Source of the DNA: an uncultured Bdellovibrionales bacterium
Lineage (GTDB): Bacteria; Bdellovibrionota_C; UBA2361; J135
Assembly (NCBI GenBank): GCA_964650155.1
Contig: CAZYRE010000007.1
Span: forward strand, 1-39,358
Direction of reading: 5' to 3'
Length of the DNA stretch: 39,358 nt
The notes under the pieces are model-generated. The model searched no databases. It saw nothing but the letters and a program-made list of their open reading frames with translations, and was not told where the DNA came from. The position numbers and the translations under genes were made by a program. Of the stretch, positions 10,032 to 21,352 are shown piece after piece. Numbering within the stretch: the first letter of the stretch is position 1; every line of letters starts with the position of its first letter.

Positions 10032-10217
10032 CTACCAACTCGCCTTAATCAATCCGGGAATGAGTCCTTGATGAGCAAACTTTCGTAAGCACAAACGGCA
10101 GAGAAGAAACTTGCGAAACACTGCTCGGGAACGCCCACAGTGTTGGCAACGGGTATAAGCCCTTACCGGAAACTTCGGTTTCATCTGCTGCTTTAGAACT
10201 AAACACTTCTTTGCCAC
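10032..10217 (-). CDS. rpsN: 30S ribosomal protein S14, short zinc-binding (type Z) form
   Basis: 61 aa. [22 protein letters not shown] carries the two CxxC pairs. It ends in ...GLIKASW and sits between rplE and rpsH. Confidence 0.95.
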   Translation of the reverse strand: MAKKCLVLKQQMKPKFPVRAYTRCQHCGRSRAVFRKFLLCRLCLRKFAHQGLIPGLIKASW

Positions 10218-10237
10218 TCTAATTCTCCCAAAAAATA

Positions 10238-10798
10238 TTAAGCGTTACCCGGTGCGCCTGGTTTACGGAAAGGAAGCCCCATCTCAGTAAGAAGGGCGCG
10301 GCTCTCCTCGTCATTCTTTGCTGAGGTAACAAAAGTAACGTTCATTCCACGATCTCTATCGATCTTTTCAATTTCGATCTCTGGGAACACTGACTGTTCT
10401 TTAATTCCAAGAGTGTAGTTACCACGACCATCAAATCCCTTTGTTGGTATGCCCTTGAAGTCACGTACACGTGGTAGCGTAACGGAGATCAAACGATCCA
10501 AGAACTCATACATCTGCTTTCCGCGAAGGGTAACCATACAGCCGATTGGAAGCCCCTTTCGCAATTTGTAGGAAGCGATTGCTTTCTTTGCGCGAGTAAC
10601 GACAGCTTTCTGACCAGAGATCTGAGTCAACGCATATTCTGCATACTCAATGACCTTCTGATTACCTAAAGCCTCACCAAGTCCCATGTTAAGGACGATC
10701 CTCTTTAATTTAGGGATCTCCATAGCGGAACCAAAGTTGAACTGCTTTTTAAGCGCGCCAACTACTTCCTTCGTGTAATGGTCTTCTAATCTTGCCAT
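10238..10798 (-). CDS. rplE: 50S ribosomal protein L5
   Basis: [15 protein letters not shown]...[20 protein letters not shown] is the L5 signature. Confidence 0.97.
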   Translation of the reverse strand: MARLEDHYTKEVVGALKKQFNFGSAMEIPKLKRIVLNMGLGEALGNQKVIEYAEYALTQISGQKAVVTRAKKAIASYKLRKGLPIGCMVTLRGKQMYEFLDRLISVTLPRVRDFKGIPTKGFDGRGNYTLGIKEQSVFPEIEIEKIDRDRGMNVTFVTSAKNDEESRALLTEMGLPFRKPGAPGNA

Positions 10799-10810
10799 AT
10801 CAATTCTCTC

Positions 10811-11194
10811 TTACGACTCAATCTGAACAAATTTTTCGCTCTTTGGATCGATATATCCACGAGTCTTCTTTCCATCAGATAACTTCTGAAAAACTACCTT
10901 TACTGGAGCCTTAACTTTCTCTGCGTAGTACATCACGTTAGAGATGTGGATCGGTGATTCCATTGGTGTTTTCCCACCAAGTTTATCTGGACCCTGAGCC
11001 TTCCGATGTCGGGTTACCATGTTCAACCCTTCAACAACTACTCTATCAGCGCCAACAAATCGTACCAACTTACCGGTCTTGCCTTTGTTCTCTCGCTTCT
11101 TGTTGTTACCGCCAGCAATGACCATGACGATATCGCCAACCTTAAGATCACTTCGAACTCGTCGTCTTCCAGCTTTTAATTCAATCGCTTTCAT
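10811..11194 (-). CDS. rplX: 50S ribosomal protein L24
   Basis: [27 protein letters not shown] matches a KOW motif. It sits between rplN and rplE. Confidence 0.94.
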   Translation of the reverse strand: MKAIELKAGRRRVRSDLKVGDIVMVIAGGNNKKRENKGKTGKLVRFVGADRVVVEGLNMVTRHRKAQGPDKLGGKTPMESPIHISNVMYYAEKVKAPVKVVFQKLSDGKKTRGYIDPKSEKFVQIES

Positions 11195-11224
11195 AATCGT
11201 CTCTCAAAAACGTAATTCAATGCC

Positions 11225-11593
11225 CTACAAAACTTCAGGAGCCAATGAAACAATCTTCATAAAGTTCTTAGACCGAAGCTCTCTGGCTACTGGCCCAAAT
11301 ATACGGGTTCCAACTGGCTCATCTTGAGCATTGATCAAAACTGCACTGTTCTCATCAAAACGGATGTAAGAGCCATCATTTCTCTTAACCTGCTTTGAAG
11401 TACGAACGATCACCGCCTTGTGAACTGTCCCCTTCTTTACCTTGGAGTTAGGAATTGCGTCCTTAACTGCCACAACGATCACATCACCCACCGTTGCATA
11501 ACGACGTCGGGATCCACCCAACACCTTAACGCACTGAACCTTCCTGGCTCCGGAGTTGTCTGCGACTTCAAGTACTGACTTCAACTGAATCAT
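11225..11593 (-). CDS. rplN: 50S ribosomal protein L14
   Basis: [28 protein letters not shown] is the L14 signature. Confidence 0.97.
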   Translation of the reverse strand: MIQLKSVLEVADNSGARKVQCVKVLGGSRRRYATVGDVIVVAVKDAIPNSKVKKGTVHKAVIVRTSKQVKRNDGSYIRFDENSAVLINAQDEPVGTRIFGPVARELRSKNFMKIVSLAPEVL

Positions 11594-11617
11594 AGTTCGC
11601 TCTCTTTAACTTACTCT

Positions 11618-11917
11618 CTACACGAGTTGGTTTGGATCCTCTGTAACAACAGCCTTCTCCACTATCTCGATCACTCTCCATCGCTTTGTGCGACTAAGAG
11701 GGCGTGTCTCCATGATGTCCACAGTGTCTCCAACTCCACACTCATTTTTCTCATCATGCGCGACAAACTTTCTTGTACGTGTGACGTACTTGCCGTAGAA
11801 GGCGTGTGGCTTACGAGTAGTAACACCTATCACGACGGTCTTATCCATCTTGTTGCTAAGAACCACGCCCTGTTGGACTTTTGGTCTTCCTCTTTCACTA
11901 GCTTCTTTTTGAATCAT
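11618..11917 (-). CDS. rpsQ: 30S ribosomal protein S17
   Basis: [30 protein letters not shown]...[18 protein letters not shown] is the S17 signature. Confidence 0.95.
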   Translation of the reverse strand: MIQKEASERGRPKVQQGVVLSNKMDKTVVIGVTTRKPHAFYGKYVTRTRKFVAHDEKNECGVGDTVDIMETRPLSRTKRWRVIEIVEKAVVTEDPNQLV

Positions 11918-11938
11918 AACTTTTCCTCAAACTTTTTA

Positions 11939-12154
11939 TTAAGCTCGTCCTGTCTTAACTACGGTTGCGCTTAACAGAGTCTTTATTCGGGCCAATTCCC
12001 TTCTTAGCTCTCCCAAACGATGAGTCTGCTTCAACTGTCCAGTGGAACGTTGAAACCTTAGCTTCATTAGCTCCTCAGCTACCTTTACTCCACGGGACTT
12101 TAGTTCCTGTGGGGAAAGTGCCTTTAAATCTTTTACTAAATTAGTCGATTTCAT
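11939..12154 (-). CDS. rpmC: 50S ribosomal protein L29
   Basis: LKALSPQELKSRGVKVAEELMKLRFQRSTGQL fits the L29 pattern. It sits between rplP and rpsQ. Confidence 0.93.
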   Translation of the reverse strand: MKSTNLVKDLKALSPQELKSRGVKVAEELMKLRFQRSTGQLKQTHRLGELRRELARIKTLLSATVVKTGRA

Positions 12155-12164
12155 ATTTCCTCGC

Positions 12165-12590
12165 TTAGAGCAGACCCTCAGTTCGTATGACTATTTCTGT
12201 CTTGATTGGTAGTTTAGCTCCGGCAGAGTGCAATGCCTCCAACGCGGTTTCCTTAGTAACACCAGTCAATTCAAACATGATTCTTCCAGCTCTGACGTTA
12301 GCAACCCACTTATCAGGAGCGCCCTTTCCTTTACCCATTCTGACCTCGGCAGGTTTTGATGTAAGCGGATGATCAGGGAAAATCCTAATCCACATTTTTC
12401 CGCCCTTCTTCATACCACGAGATACTGCGATACGACTTGCTTCGATCTGACGATTTGTAACCCAACCTGCCTCAACAGCACGGAGACCAAAATCTCCAAA
12501 ATCAAGCTCACAAGCACGATTCTCAGCACCACGGAGCTGGCGCAGTCTCTTCATCTGCTTTCGAAATTTTGTTCGCTTTGGGGTCAACAT
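12165..12590 (-). CDS. rplP: 50S ribosomal protein L16
   Basis: [14 protein letters not shown]...[16 protein letters not shown] is the L16 signature. Confidence 0.97.
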   Translation of the reverse strand: MLTPKRTKFRKQMKRLRQLRGAENRACELDFGDFGLRAVEAGWVTNRQIEASRIAVSRGMKKGGKMWIRIFPDHPLTSKPAEVRMGKGKGAPDKWVANVRAGRIMFELTGVTKETALEALHSAGAKLPIKTEIVIRTEGLL

Positions 12591-12630
12591 AATCTTCTCT
12601 CTAAAACTTCTATCTTCTTACTCTACGCTC

Positions 12631-13293
12631 TTAAAGTTGCATTGCCTCAACTGGTACTTCCTCACCTGGCGAAAACTTCTCGCCCTTGAAGATCCACACC
12701 TTAATGCCGATCACTCCATAAGTAGTGGCCGCTTCGGATAGTGCGTAATCAATATCTGCACGAAGCGTGTGAGCAGGAATTCTTCCCTCTCTGAATGTTT
12801 CGCAACGAGCAATCTCAGCGCCATTTAATCGGCCAGATATTCTCACTTTCACACCCTCTGCACCCATTCTCATACAACGTCCCATCGCATCCTTAACGGC
12901 ACGACGATAGTTGATACGACGCTCAAGTTGGAAAGCTACGTTTTCACCAACCAATTTGGCATCAAGATCAGGCTTACGAACTTCGATAATATTCAGACCG
13001 ACATCTCGCTTGACCAAATTCTTAAGGTCCTTACGAAGATCTTCGATATCCTTTCCCTTCTTACCGATAACTAGACCAGGCTTAGCGCTGAATATATTGA
13101 TCTTAACTCTAGCAGCAGCACGCTCGATTTCAACGCGAGCAATACCAGCAGCTTTCAGCCTATCAGTAATGTAACGACGGATCTTAACGTCTTCTCCGAT
13201 GTAGCGAGCAAAATCTTTGCTGCCAAACCATCGAGAACGCCACCCTTCAGTGATTCCAATTCGTAACCCGGTTGGACTTATCTTTTGTCCCAT
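12631..13293 (-). CDS. rpsC: 30S ribosomal protein S3
   Basis: MGQKISPTGLRIGI...KPGLVIGKKGKDIEDL (KH domain) is the S3 signature. Confidence 0.97.
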   Translation of the reverse strand: MGQKISPTGLRIGITEGWRSRWFGSKDFARYIGEDVKIRRYITDRLKAAGIARVEIERAAARVKINIFSAKPGLVIGKKGKDIEDLRKDLKNLVKRDVGLNIIEVRKPDLDAKLVGENVAFQLERRINYRRAVKDAMGRCMRMGAEGVKVRISGRLNGAEIARCETFREGRIPAHTLRADIDYALSEAATTYGVIGIKVWIFKGEKFSPGEEVPVEAMQL

Positions 13294-13316
13294 GAATTCT
13301 TCCTCTTACTTTTGAC

Positions 13317-13751
13317 TTATTTCTGATCCAATAAAATCGTTATATGTGAAGACCGTTTACGAACCGGTGTGGCACGACCATGCGCAGCTGGCATGTAACG
13401 CATCATCACTGGACCGTCAGTAACGGATCCACCTGAAACCCACAGCCGATCTACGTCCGCACTCTGACGCTCTTTAGCGTTAGAGATGGCTGATCTTAAA
13501 AGCTTAGCAACAATCGCTGAGCCTTTACGTGGATTGAACTGCAACATTTGCAAAGCTTGATCGACCTGCTGTCCTTTGACCATGTCTAGAGACAATCGCA
13601 ATTTACGAGGGGAAATTCTTACGTGCCTCAACACAGCTTTTGCTAAGAAACCTTCCTTATTCTCCCTAGGATTAAGTCTGCCCTTAGTTCTGCGTGAGGA
13701 GGTTTTCTTTCCCTCACCCTTACTCTGTCTTTTAGTAACTTTCTTACTCAT
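13317..13751 (-). CDS. rplV: 50S ribosomal protein L22 with basic N-terminal extension
   Basis: AKAVLRHVRISPRKLRLSLDMVKG fits the L22 core. The ATG at 13749-13751 follows GGTGA by 5 nt. The track TTG at 13763 is less likely. Confidence 0.94.
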   Translation of the reverse strand: MSKKVTKRQSKGEGKKTSSRRTKGRLNPRENKEGFLAKAVLRHVRISPRKLRLSLDMVKGQQVDQALQMLQFNPRKGSAIVAKLLRSAISNAKERQSADVDRLWVSGGSVTDGPVMMRYMPAAHGRATPVRKRSSHITILLDQK

Positions 13752-13776
13752 GGTATTCACCAATCAAAATTTATTT

Positions 13777-14082
13777 CTACTTACTTCCACCTGATGGCGC
13801 GCTTGGAGCAGGAGCTGCGGCAACGCTTCTGGCGTGAGCAATAAACGTACGAGTTGCTGAAAACTCTCCGAGCTTATGTCCAACCATATTCTCAGTAACG
13901 AAAACTGGAACAAACTTTCGTCCATTATGTACAGCGAAAGTAACACCAATCATCTCTGGCAATATCGTCGAACGGCGTGACCAAGTTTTGATAGGGCCCT
14001 TGTGAGCACCGTTCTTCACGCGCTCAACCCACTTCATCAAACTAGGATCAACTATCGGTCCCTTTTTAACTGAACGTGCCAT
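13777..14082 (-). CDS. rpsS: 30S ribosomal protein S19
   Basis: [16 protein letters not shown]...[27 protein letters not shown] is the S19 signature. It has a short Ala/Pro-rich C-terminal tail. Confidence 0.96.
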   Translation of the reverse strand: MARSVKKGPIVDPSLMKWVERVKNGAHKGPIKTWSRRSTILPEMIGVTFAVHNGRKFVPVFVTENMVGHKLGEFSATRTFIAHARSVAAAPAPSAPSGGSK

Positions 14083-14116
14083 AACTCTTTTCCCTAACTC
14101 AAACTAAACGTTCTTC

Positions 14117-14956
14117 CTAAGCATTCTTCTTTCTGTTCCGACTCTCAACAATGAACTTCTTAGTTCTCTTGTTAGTCCTTGTCTTAAGACCTTTGGCCAA
14201 CTGTCCAGTTGGAGAACAAGGATGACGACCACCCTTACTCTTACCTTCTCCACCACCCATTGGATGATCGACTGGATTCTTGGTCACGCCTCTATTGTGA
14301 GGACGAATACCGAGCCAACGACTACGGCCAGCTTTACCAACCTTGATGTTTTGGTGATCAGGATTGCTAACTGCGCCAATGGTCGCAAAGCACTCAATGA
14401 AGATTTTTCTAACTTCACCAGACGGCATAAGGATCTGAGCATACTCACCTTCCTTAGCTCTAAGCTGTGCTGAAGTACCAGCCGAACGAATTAGTTGTCC
14501 GCCACCACCACGATAAAGTTCTAAGTTATGAATAACTGTACCAGTTGGAATATTCTTAAGTGGCAAAGAGTTGCCAGGCTTAATATCAGCGGTCTCACTC
14601 GCAAGTACCATCTGACCAACAGTTAACCCTTGTGGCGCAATGATGTAACGCTTCTCCCCGTCTGCGTAGCAGATGAGTGCAATACGAGCGGTACGATTTG
14701 GATCGTATTCAATGGTTATAACTTTGGCTGGTATGTTCAGCTTATCGTGACGTCGGAAATCGATCTTACGATAACGCTTCTTGTGACCACCACCAATATT
14801 AATATTTGTTGTACGACCTTGATTGTTACGACCACCGGAACGGGACTTAGGAGCCAATAATGATTTCTCTGGAGCAACCTTGCTCAAGGTAGAATAATCA
14901 CTGCCGTCATAGTGACGTCTGGATGGTGTGATTGGTCTATAATTTCTTAACGCCAT
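14117..14956 (-). CDS. rplB: 50S ribosomal protein L2
   Basis: [14 protein letters not shown]...GGGHKKRYR...[17 protein letters not shown] is the L2 signature. The ATG at 14954-14956 lies 4 nt after the rplW stop. The track start at 14977 would overlap rplW. Confidence 0.97.
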   Translation of the reverse strand: MALRNYRPITPSRRHYDGSDYSTLSKVAPEKSLLAPKSRSGGRNNQGRTTNINIGGGHKKRYRKIDFRRHDKLNIPAKVITIEYDPNRTARIALICYADGEKRYIIAPQGLTVGQMVLASETADIKPGNSLPLKNIPTGTVIHNLELYRGGGGQLIRSAGTSAQLRAKEGEYAQILMPSGEVRKIFIECFATIGAVSNPDHQNIKVGKAGRSRWLGIRPHNRGVTKNPVDHPMGGGEGKSKGGRHPCSPTGQLAKGLKTRTNKRTKKFIVESRNRKKNA

Positions 14957-14960
14957 AATA

Positions 14961-15281
14961 TTATAATCCTTCAACAACGCTGATTGACTGTCCTTCAGCG
15001 AGAGTTACGTACGCCTTCTTTGAATCCTGCCTCTTGCTAGATCCGCGAGCTGTCCTCTTGGATTTACCCATCATATTTACTGTATTAACGGATTTCACTT
15101 TCACATTAAAAATGCGCTCAATGGCTCCGCGAATATCTGTCTTTGTAGCCTCTGTTGGGACACGGAAAACTACACGATTTCCTGCTTGACCGAATCTTGT
15201 CGATTTCTCAGTAACTACAGGCTCACGCAAGATGCTGTAATCGCTATTTCCTGCCAGTGTTCTTGCCTTTTCTTTTGCCAT
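14961..15281 (-). CDS. rplW: 50S ribosomal protein L23
   Basis: [11 protein letters not shown]...[31 protein letters not shown] is the L23 signature. Confidence 0.94.
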   Translation of the reverse strand: MAKEKARTLAGNSDYSILREPVVTEKSTRFGQAGNRVVFRVPTEATKTDIRGAIERIFNVKVKSVNTVNMMGKSKRTARGSSKRQDSKKAYVTLAEGQSISVVEGL

Positions 15282-15300
15282 AAAACTTCTCTCCTAAAGG

Positions 15301-15954
15301 CTAAACTTCCGCTTTGCCTAAGCCTCTTTCTTCAATTGCTTTCAAGGAATCTTTACCAACGATGACGTATTTATGTTTCATCACGTCGTATACATTAATT
15401 CCTGCGACTGGCATGCTTGTAACTCTCTCAAGATTGCTGAGTGCACGAATTGTATTCTCGCCAGCATTATCAGGAAGAATTACCAACACTGAACCATCAA
15501 TCTTAAGGGAGCTCATCATCTTAGCCATGCCCTTAGTCTTACCGTCCTTGGAGTTGACATCGTCGATAACGATCAAACGCTCAGCTTTAACTTTGGAAGT
15601 AAGCGCTGAACAGAGTGCTTTGCGACGAATACCCTTGGGAACTTTAAACTCATAACTTCTCGGTGTTGGACCATGTACTACCGCACCGCCAACCCATAGT
15701 GGGGAGACGCTACTTCCAGCTCTGGCGCGACCTGTACCCTTCTGCTTGAAAGGTTTTTTCTTGCCACCCTTCATCTCACTTCGTGTCAAAACGTCATGAG
15801 TACCAGCTCTACGCTTAGCCAACTGCCACCTGACAACTTGATGAACGAGGTGTGCATAAACTGGGGCGCCAAAGACTTCTGGGCTTAGATCGATAGTGCC
15901 AGCATCGCCGCCACTACTCTTTCTCACGCTTGTTTGTACTGTTTTTGCTTTCAC
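15301..15954 (-). CDS. rplD: 50S ribosomal protein L4
   Basis: HQVVRWQLAKRRAGTHDVLTRSEMKGGKKKPFKQKGTGRARAGS is the L4 signature. Confidence 0.95.
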   Translation of the reverse strand: MKAKTVQTSVRKSSGGDAGTIDLSPEVFGAPVYAHLVHQVVRWQLAKRRAGTHDVLTRSEMKGGKKKPFKQKGTGRARAGSSVSPLWVGGAVVHGPTPRSYEFKVPKGIRRKALCSALTSKVKAERLIVIDDVNSKDGKTKGMAKMMSSLKIDGSVLVILPDNAGENTIRALSNLERVTSMPVAGINVYDVMKHKYVIVGKDSLKAIEERGLGKAEV

Positions 15955-15979
15955 AGCAAATCCTTCACTAAACTAAAAT

Positions 15980-16669
15980 CTACGCTGCTGCCTGTGCTGG
16001 AGCCTGAGCACCAGTATAGGTTTGCACAGCTTTACGAATTACCACGACTCCACCACGAGCACCTGGAATTCCTCCCTTAATGAGGAGAACATTATCTTCA
16101 GGTCTGACTGCTACGATTTCTAAATTTTGAACCGTAACTTGGGCATTACCCATTAGACCTGGCATTCTTTTGCCTTTATGAATTTTTCCAGGAAACTTAC
16201 GACAACCAACGGATCCAACGTGCCTACGAACTTCGTGTGTACCACGAGTAGATGGCTGTCCCTTAATATGGTGGCGGCGAACTACACCGGAGAATCCTCT
16301 ACCGATACTAGTGCCTGTAACGTCAACTAACTGACCTGGGGTGAATACGTCTGTGACTTTCAATTCTTTCCCAGCACTCCAGCCAAGTGTCTGAACATCG
16401 CAGCGAATCTCTTGGATATGCGTGAACGCACCCTGACCTGCCTTATTGAAGAACCCATTCTCTGACTTAGAGAGACGTTGACTCTTCTTAGGAGTAAATC
16501 CTATCTGTGCAGCACTGTAGCCACTCAGATCTTCACCCTTAATATTAAGGATCATATTAGGACCCGCCTCGACGATGGTCACTGGTACGCACTCGCCATC
16601 GGCGTTGAATACCTGTGTCATCCCCAATTTACGTCCCACTAATCCTTCGGGGTATTTTTTTGAAGCCAT
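15980..16669 (-). CDS. rplC: 50S ribosomal protein L3
   Basis: GLVGRKLGMTQVF...VTGTSIGRGFSGVVRRH is the L3 signature. Confidence 0.96.
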   Translation of the reverse strand: MASKKYPEGLVGRKLGMTQVFNADGECVPVTIVEAGPNMILNIKGEDLSGYSAAQIGFTPKKSQRLSKSENGFFNKAGQGAFTHIQEIRCDVQTLGWSAGKELKVTDVFTPGQLVDVTGTSIGRGFSGVVRRHHIKGQPSTRGTHEVRRHVGSVGCRKFPGKIHKGKRMPGLMGNAQVTVQNLEIVAVRPEDNVLLIKGGIPGARGGVVVIRKAVQTYTGAQAPAQAAA

Positions 16670-16725
16670 AAACTCTTCCCGTTAAACTTCCAATTCGTAC
16701 TTCTCGTACGCGTCTTCCTCAGTAA

Positions 16726-17040
16726 TTACTGAAGCTTGATCTCGACATCTATACCTGTCGAGAGCTCAAGTTTCCCAAGATCATCAATCGTCTGCTGGGT
16801 CGGCTCAAGAATATCAAGAAGCCGCTTATGTGTTCGGATCTCAAAGTGCTCACGTGATTTTTTATCAACGTGAGGTGAGCGATTCACAGTAAATCGTTCA
16901 ATCCGAGTTGGCAGAGGCAATGGCCCTGCTACCCTTCCACCAGTCCGACGCACAATCTGGACAATCTCACCGACCGCCGAGTCCAGCAGCTTGTGATCGT
17001 ATCCCTTAAGTCTTATGCGAATTCTTTGCCCGCCTAGCAT
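16726..17040 (-). CDS. rpsJ: 30S ribosomal protein S10
   Basis: [14 protein letters not shown]...[35 protein letters not shown] is the S10 signature. Confidence 0.97.
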   Translation of the reverse strand: MLGGQRIRIRLKGYDHKLLDSAVGEIVQIVRRTGGRVAGPLPLPTRIERFTVNRSPHVDKKSREHFEIRTHKRLLDILEPTQQTIDDLGKLELSTGIDVEIKLQ

Positions 17041-17108
17041 TTAAAACTCCTCAATTTGTCCCAGGATGAACCGATTACTTGTCGATTCACCCTGGGGCTA
17101 CTTTTTAC

Positions 17109-18305
17109 TTAGGCAATAATCTCAGTAACAACTCCAGCGCCTACTGTCTTACCACCCTCACGGATAGCAAAACGGCTCTGTTTCTCCATAGCGATTGGTT
17201 GAATCAACTCAATCTCAACAGTGATATTGTCGCCTGGCATAGCCATCTCAACACCTTCAGGCAATTTTACATTGCCAGTAACGTCTGTAGTTCTGAAATA
17301 GAACTGTGGACGATATCCATTGAAGAAAGGCTTATGACGTCCACCCTCAGCTTGTGTAAGGATGTAAGTCTCTGCCTTAAACTTTGTGTGTGGAGTAATG
17401 GAACCAGGAGCAGCAAGCACCTGACCACGCTCTACGTCTTCTCTCTTCAAACCACGGAGAAGTGCGCCTGCGTTATCACCAGCATGTCCTTCGTCAAGTG
17501 ACTTACGGAACATTTCGATACCGGTAACAACAGTCTTCTGAGTTGCACGGAGACCAACGATCTCGATTTCATCGCCAACCTTGACCTTACCACGCTCGAT
17601 ACGACCAGTTGCTACTGTACCACGACCTTGGATCGAGAATACGTCTTCAACTGACATAAGGAATGGCTTGTTAACTTCACGCTCTGGAACTGGGATGTAC
17701 TCATCAAGAGTTGCAAGCAACTTCTCAATTGACTTCATACCTAGCTCATCATCGTCTCCCTTCAGAGCCTTTAGAGCGGATCCACGGATAATTGGAGTTG
17801 TATCACCAGGGAACTTGTAAGTCTTAAGAAGGTCTCTTAATTCCATCTCAACTAACTCGAGAAGTTCCTGATCATCAACGAGATCAACTTTGTTCAAGAA
17901 ACATACGATGTATGGAACACCTACTTGGCGAGCCAAGAGAATGTGCTCTCTGGTCTGAGGCATCGGACCATCAGCGGCTGAACAAACTAGGATTGCTCCA
18001 TCCATTTGCGCAGCACCAGTAATCATGTTCTTTACGTAGTCGGCGTGTCCTGGACAGTCAACGTGGGCATAGTGACGATTTGCTGTCTCGTACTCAACGT
18101 GCGCAGATGCGATCGTTACAGTCTTTGACTCGTCACGGACAGTACCACCTTTAGCGATATCGCTATAGGCCTTAGCGGTAGCAAGTCCTCTTTTTGCCTG
18201 TGTATTGACCAGGGCAGCTGTCAACGTAGTTTTACCGTGGTCGACGTGGCCGATAGTACCAACGTTGATGTGCGGCTTGGTACGTTCGAACTTTGCTTTT
18301 GACAT
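17109..18305 (-). CDS. tuf: translation elongation factor Tu (atypical effector-loop sequence)
   Basis: 398 aa. Contains [10 protein letters not shown] (G1), DCPGHADY (G3) and NKVD (G4), and aligns along its full length to the EF-Tu pattern. The switch-I segment reads [16 protein letters not shown] where [14 protein letters not shown] is expected (see findings). Confidence 0.97.
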   Translation of the reverse strand: MSKAKFERTKPHINVGTIGHVDHGKTTLTAALVNTQAKRGLATAKAYSDIAKGGTVRDESKTVTIASAHVEYETANRHYAHVDCPGHADYVKNMITGAAQMDGAILVCSAADGPMPQTREHILLARQVGVPYIVCFLNKVDLVDDQELLELVEMELRDLLKTYKFPGDTTPIIRGSALKALKGDDDELGMKSIEKLLATLDEYIPVPEREVNKPFLMSVEDVFSIQGRGTVATGRIERGKVKVGDEIEIVGLRATQKTVVTGIEMFRKSLDEGHAGDNAGALLRGLKREDVERGQVLAAPGSITPHTKFKAETYILTQAEGGRHKPFFNGYRPQFYFRTTDVTGNVKLPEGVEMAMPGDNITVEIELIQPIAMEKQSRFAIREGGKTVGAGVVTEIIA

Positions 18306-18354
18306 TTTGTCTGCTCCCTTAATTAAATAAATCCAACACTAAAAATTACTATCA

Positions 18355-20448
18355 CTACTTCTTCGCTAATGTTTCCTGAATGTTGTTCGGCACTGGCGCG
18401 TAGTGGTGATATTCCATGGTGAAGCTTGCCCTTCCCTGTGACATCGATCGCAGATCAGTTGCATAGCCGAACATCTCAGCAAGTGGCACATGAGCTTTTA
18501 CAGCTTGAGCACCTGCGCGAGGCTCCATGCCTAACACCTGACCACGGCGACGATTGATGTCACCTACCACGTTGCTGACAAAGTCATCCGGTGTAACAAC
18601 TTCAAGCGCCATGACGGGCTCAAGGAGTAGCAAGCCAGCTTTGCGACAAGCCTCCTTAACGCACATCGAGCCGGCAATCTTGAAAGCCATTTCACTCGAG
18701 TCAACTTCGTGGAAACTTCCGTAGTAAAGGGCTACCCTGATGTCGATAACTGGGTACCCGGCAAGAACACCTCCTGCTAGAGCCTCAACGACTCCATCTT
18801 CAACAGCAGGAATGTATTCACGTGGAATAACTCCGCCCTTGATCTCATCAACGAATTCAAAGCCTTTAGCAGCCTCAAGAGGCTCAACACGTAACAATAC
18901 ATGTCCAAATTGACCACGACCGCCTGTTTGCTTGGCGTACTTAACTTCGTGCTCAACAGTTTGTTTGATAGTTTCTCTGTAAGCTACCTGTGGTTTACCA
19001 GTGTTAGTAGCAACACCAAACTCACGAAACAATCTCTGTTGTACGATATCAAGGTGAAGCTCACCCATTCCAGAAATGATCGTCTGGCCAGATTCATGAT
19101 CAGAGGAGAGTCTTAGAGAAGGATCTTCCTTGGCTAACTTAGATAGGGAGAGTCCCATCTTCTGCTCATCTGCCTTAGTCTTTGGTTCAATCGCCACTGA
19201 GATAACTGGTGGAGGAGCAAAGATGCTTTCAAGAAGAATTGGCTTCTCAACATCACAGAGAGTGTCGCCAGTGATTGTTTCTTTAAGTGAAACGATAGCA
19301 CCGATATCACCTGCGCAGATTTCTTTAATATCCTCACGTTTATCAGCATGCATCTTCACTAACCGACCAACTCGCTCTTTCTTGCCACGAGTTGCATTGA
19401 GAATTGTCATACCTGTCTCAAGCTTTCCTGAATAAACACGAACGAAAGTGAGCACTCCAACGAATGGATCGGTTACGATCTTGAAAGCGATTGCGGAAAG
19501 CGGCTGATCGTCTTTAGGTTCACGGATAACTTCCTTAGTCTCATCATCAGGATCTAATCCTTTGGTAGGAGGAAGATCTAAAGGTGATGGCAAGAATTGA
19601 ACAACTGCATCAAGAAGCGGCTGAACACCTTTATTCTTAAAGGAAGCTCCGCAAAGAACAAGGAACCCTTCCATGTTCAAGCAGATCTTACGTAGCCCAC
19701 GAATTAATTCTTCTTCAGTGAACTCCTTGCCTTCAAGGTATTTATTAAGGAGATCTTCATTTGCTTCTGCTACACACTCAACCATGTAGTCGCGTGCTTT
19801 CTTGGCATCAGCCATCATGTCGGCTGGAATATCTCTATATTCGTACTTGGCGCCTAAAGCGTCATCCAAATAGAAAATTCCGCGCATTTTAACTAGATCT
19901 ATTACGCCTTGGAATGTGCTCTCTTTACCGATCGGAATCTGAATTGGAATCGGCTTTGCGTTCAATCTTTCTTTGATTGTCTGAACGCAAAATTCAAAAC
20001 TTGCTCCAGCTCTATCCATCTTATTGATGAAACAGATTCTTGGAACTTTAAACTTAGTTGCTTGACGCCAAACAGTTTCAGACTGAGGCTCGACTCCACT
20101 TACGCCGTCAAAGCAAACGATACCACCGTCAAGAACGCGAAGGCTTCGCTCTACTTCGATTGTGAAGTCTACGTGTCCAGGTGTGTCGATAATGTTGACG
20201 CGATGTCTTGGGAACTGTTGATCGGAACCGGACCAGAAACAGGTAGTAGCCGCAGAGGTAATGGTAATACCACGCTCTTGCTCCAACTCCATGTAGTCCA
20301 TGGTAGCAGCGCCGTCATGAACCTCACCGATCTTATAGTTAACACCGGTGTAGTAAAGAATACGCTCAGTCGTCGTCGTTTTACCGGCGTCGATATGGGC
20401 CATGATTCCGATGTTTCTAGTTTTGGTAAGATCAACTTTCTCAGACAC
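18355..20448 (-). CDS. fusA: translation elongation factor G
   Basis: 697 aa. Contains [32 protein letters not shown] and NKMD. Confidence 0.98.
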   Translation of the reverse strand: MSEKVDLTKTRNIGIMAHIDAGKTTTTERILYYTGVNYKIGEVHDGAATMDYMELEQERGITITSAATTCFWSGSDQQFPRHRVNIIDTPGHVDFTIEVERSLRVLDGGIVCFDGVSGVEPQSETVWRQATKFKVPRICFINKMDRAGASFEFCVQTIKERLNAKPIPIQIPIGKESTFQGVIDLVKMRGIFYLDDALGAKYEYRDIPADMMADAKKARDYMVECVAEANEDLLNKYLEGKEFTEEELIRGLRKICLNMEGFLVLCGASFKNKGVQPLLDAVVQFLPSPLDLPPTKGLDPDDETKEVIREPKDDQPLSAIAFKIVTDPFVGVLTFVRVYSGKLETGMTILNATRGKKERVGRLVKMHADKREDIKEICAGDIGAIVSLKETITGDTLCDVEKPILLESIFAPPPVISVAIEPKTKADEQKMGLSLSKLAKEDPSLRLSSDHESGQTIISGMGELHLDIVQQRLFREFGVATNTGKPQVAYRETIKQTVEHEVKYAKQTGGRGQFGHVLLRVEPLEAAKGFEFVDEIKGGVIPREYIPAVEDGVVEALAGGVLAGYPVIDIRVALYYGSFHEVDSSEMAFKIAGSMCVKEACRKAGLLLLEPVMALEVVTPDDFVSNVVGDINRRRGQVLGMEPRAGAQAVKAHVPLAEMFGYATDLRSMSQGRASFTMEYHHYAPVPNNIQETLAKK

Positions 20449-20475
20449 TTTGCAAACTCATTAACTAAAAAATTT

Positions 20476-20946
20476 TTACCATTTAAAGTGAGCGAATGCC
20501 TTATTAGCATCAGCCATCTTATGGGTATCTTCACGTTTCTTAACTGCATTTCCACGATTCTGCGCCGCATCTAACATCTCTGCAGCAAGTCTCTCTGAAA
20601 TACGTCTCTCTCCGCGGGAGTTCGAGGCTTCTATCAACCAACGAAGAGCCAAAGTTTCTTGACGACGAGGACGAACTTCGCTTGGAACCTGATAAGTTGC
20701 TCCACCAACACGGCGGGAACGAACTTCGACTACTGGACGAATATTGCTCATGGCCTTCATGAAGAGACCAACTGGATCTTCGCCGCCTTTCTCAGCCATG
20801 ATCTCGAAAGCGCCGTAAACAGCACCTTCTGCCACGCCTTTCTTACCAGATAGCATCACACGATTGATGAATCTTGATACAAGCACCTTGCCGTACTTTG
20901 GATCAGGGAGAACTTCTCTTGTATAATCTCTTTTCTTACGCGACAT
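20476..20946 (-). CDS. rpsG: 30S ribosomal protein S7
   Basis: [19 protein letters not shown]...[16 protein letters not shown] is the S7 signature. Confidence 0.97.
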   Translation of the reverse strand: MSRKKRDYTREVLPDPKYGKVLVSRFINRVMLSGKKGVAEGAVYGAFEIMAEKGGEDPVGLFMKAMSNIRPVVEVRSRRVGGATYQVPSEVRPRRQETLALRWLIEASNSRGERRISERLAAEMLDAAQNRGNAVKKREDTHKMADANKAFAHFKW

Positions 20947-20980
20947 AGTATTCCTACTTAGCCTTCTCTTGTTTCAAATC

Positions 20981-21352
20981 TTACTTAGGTCTCTTAGTTC
21001 CATAACGTGAACGGCTCTTCTTACGATCCGTAACGCCATGAGTTTCCAATTTTCCTCTGATTGTGTGGTAACGAACACCAGGAAGGTCCTTAACACGGCC
21101 GCCCTGAATCAACACAACTGAGTGCTCTTGAAGATTGTGACCTTCGCCTGGGATGTAGCTCGTCACTTCCATTCCCGTGGTCAAACGAACACGAGCCACC
21201 TTTCGAAGAGCCGAGTTAGGCTTCTTAGGTGTCTGTGTGAATACGCGAGTACAAACTCCCCGCTTTTGCGGACAGCTCTCGAGCGCTGGGGCCTTGGTCT
21301 TACGAACCTTGACCTTACGTCTCATTCGAACAAGCTGGTTAATGGTTGGCAT
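20981..21352 (-). CDS. rpsL: 30S ribosomal protein S12
   Basis: MPTINQLVR...[17 protein letters not shown]...[13 protein letters not shown] is the S12 signature. AAGGAG SD lies upstream. Confidence 0.98.
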   Translation of the reverse strand: MPTINQLVRMRRKVKVRKTKAPALESCPQKRGVCTRVFTQTPKKPNSALRKVARVRLTTGMEVTSYIPGEGHNLQEHSVVLIQGGRVKDLPGVRYHTIRGKLETHGVTDRKKSRSRYGTKRPK

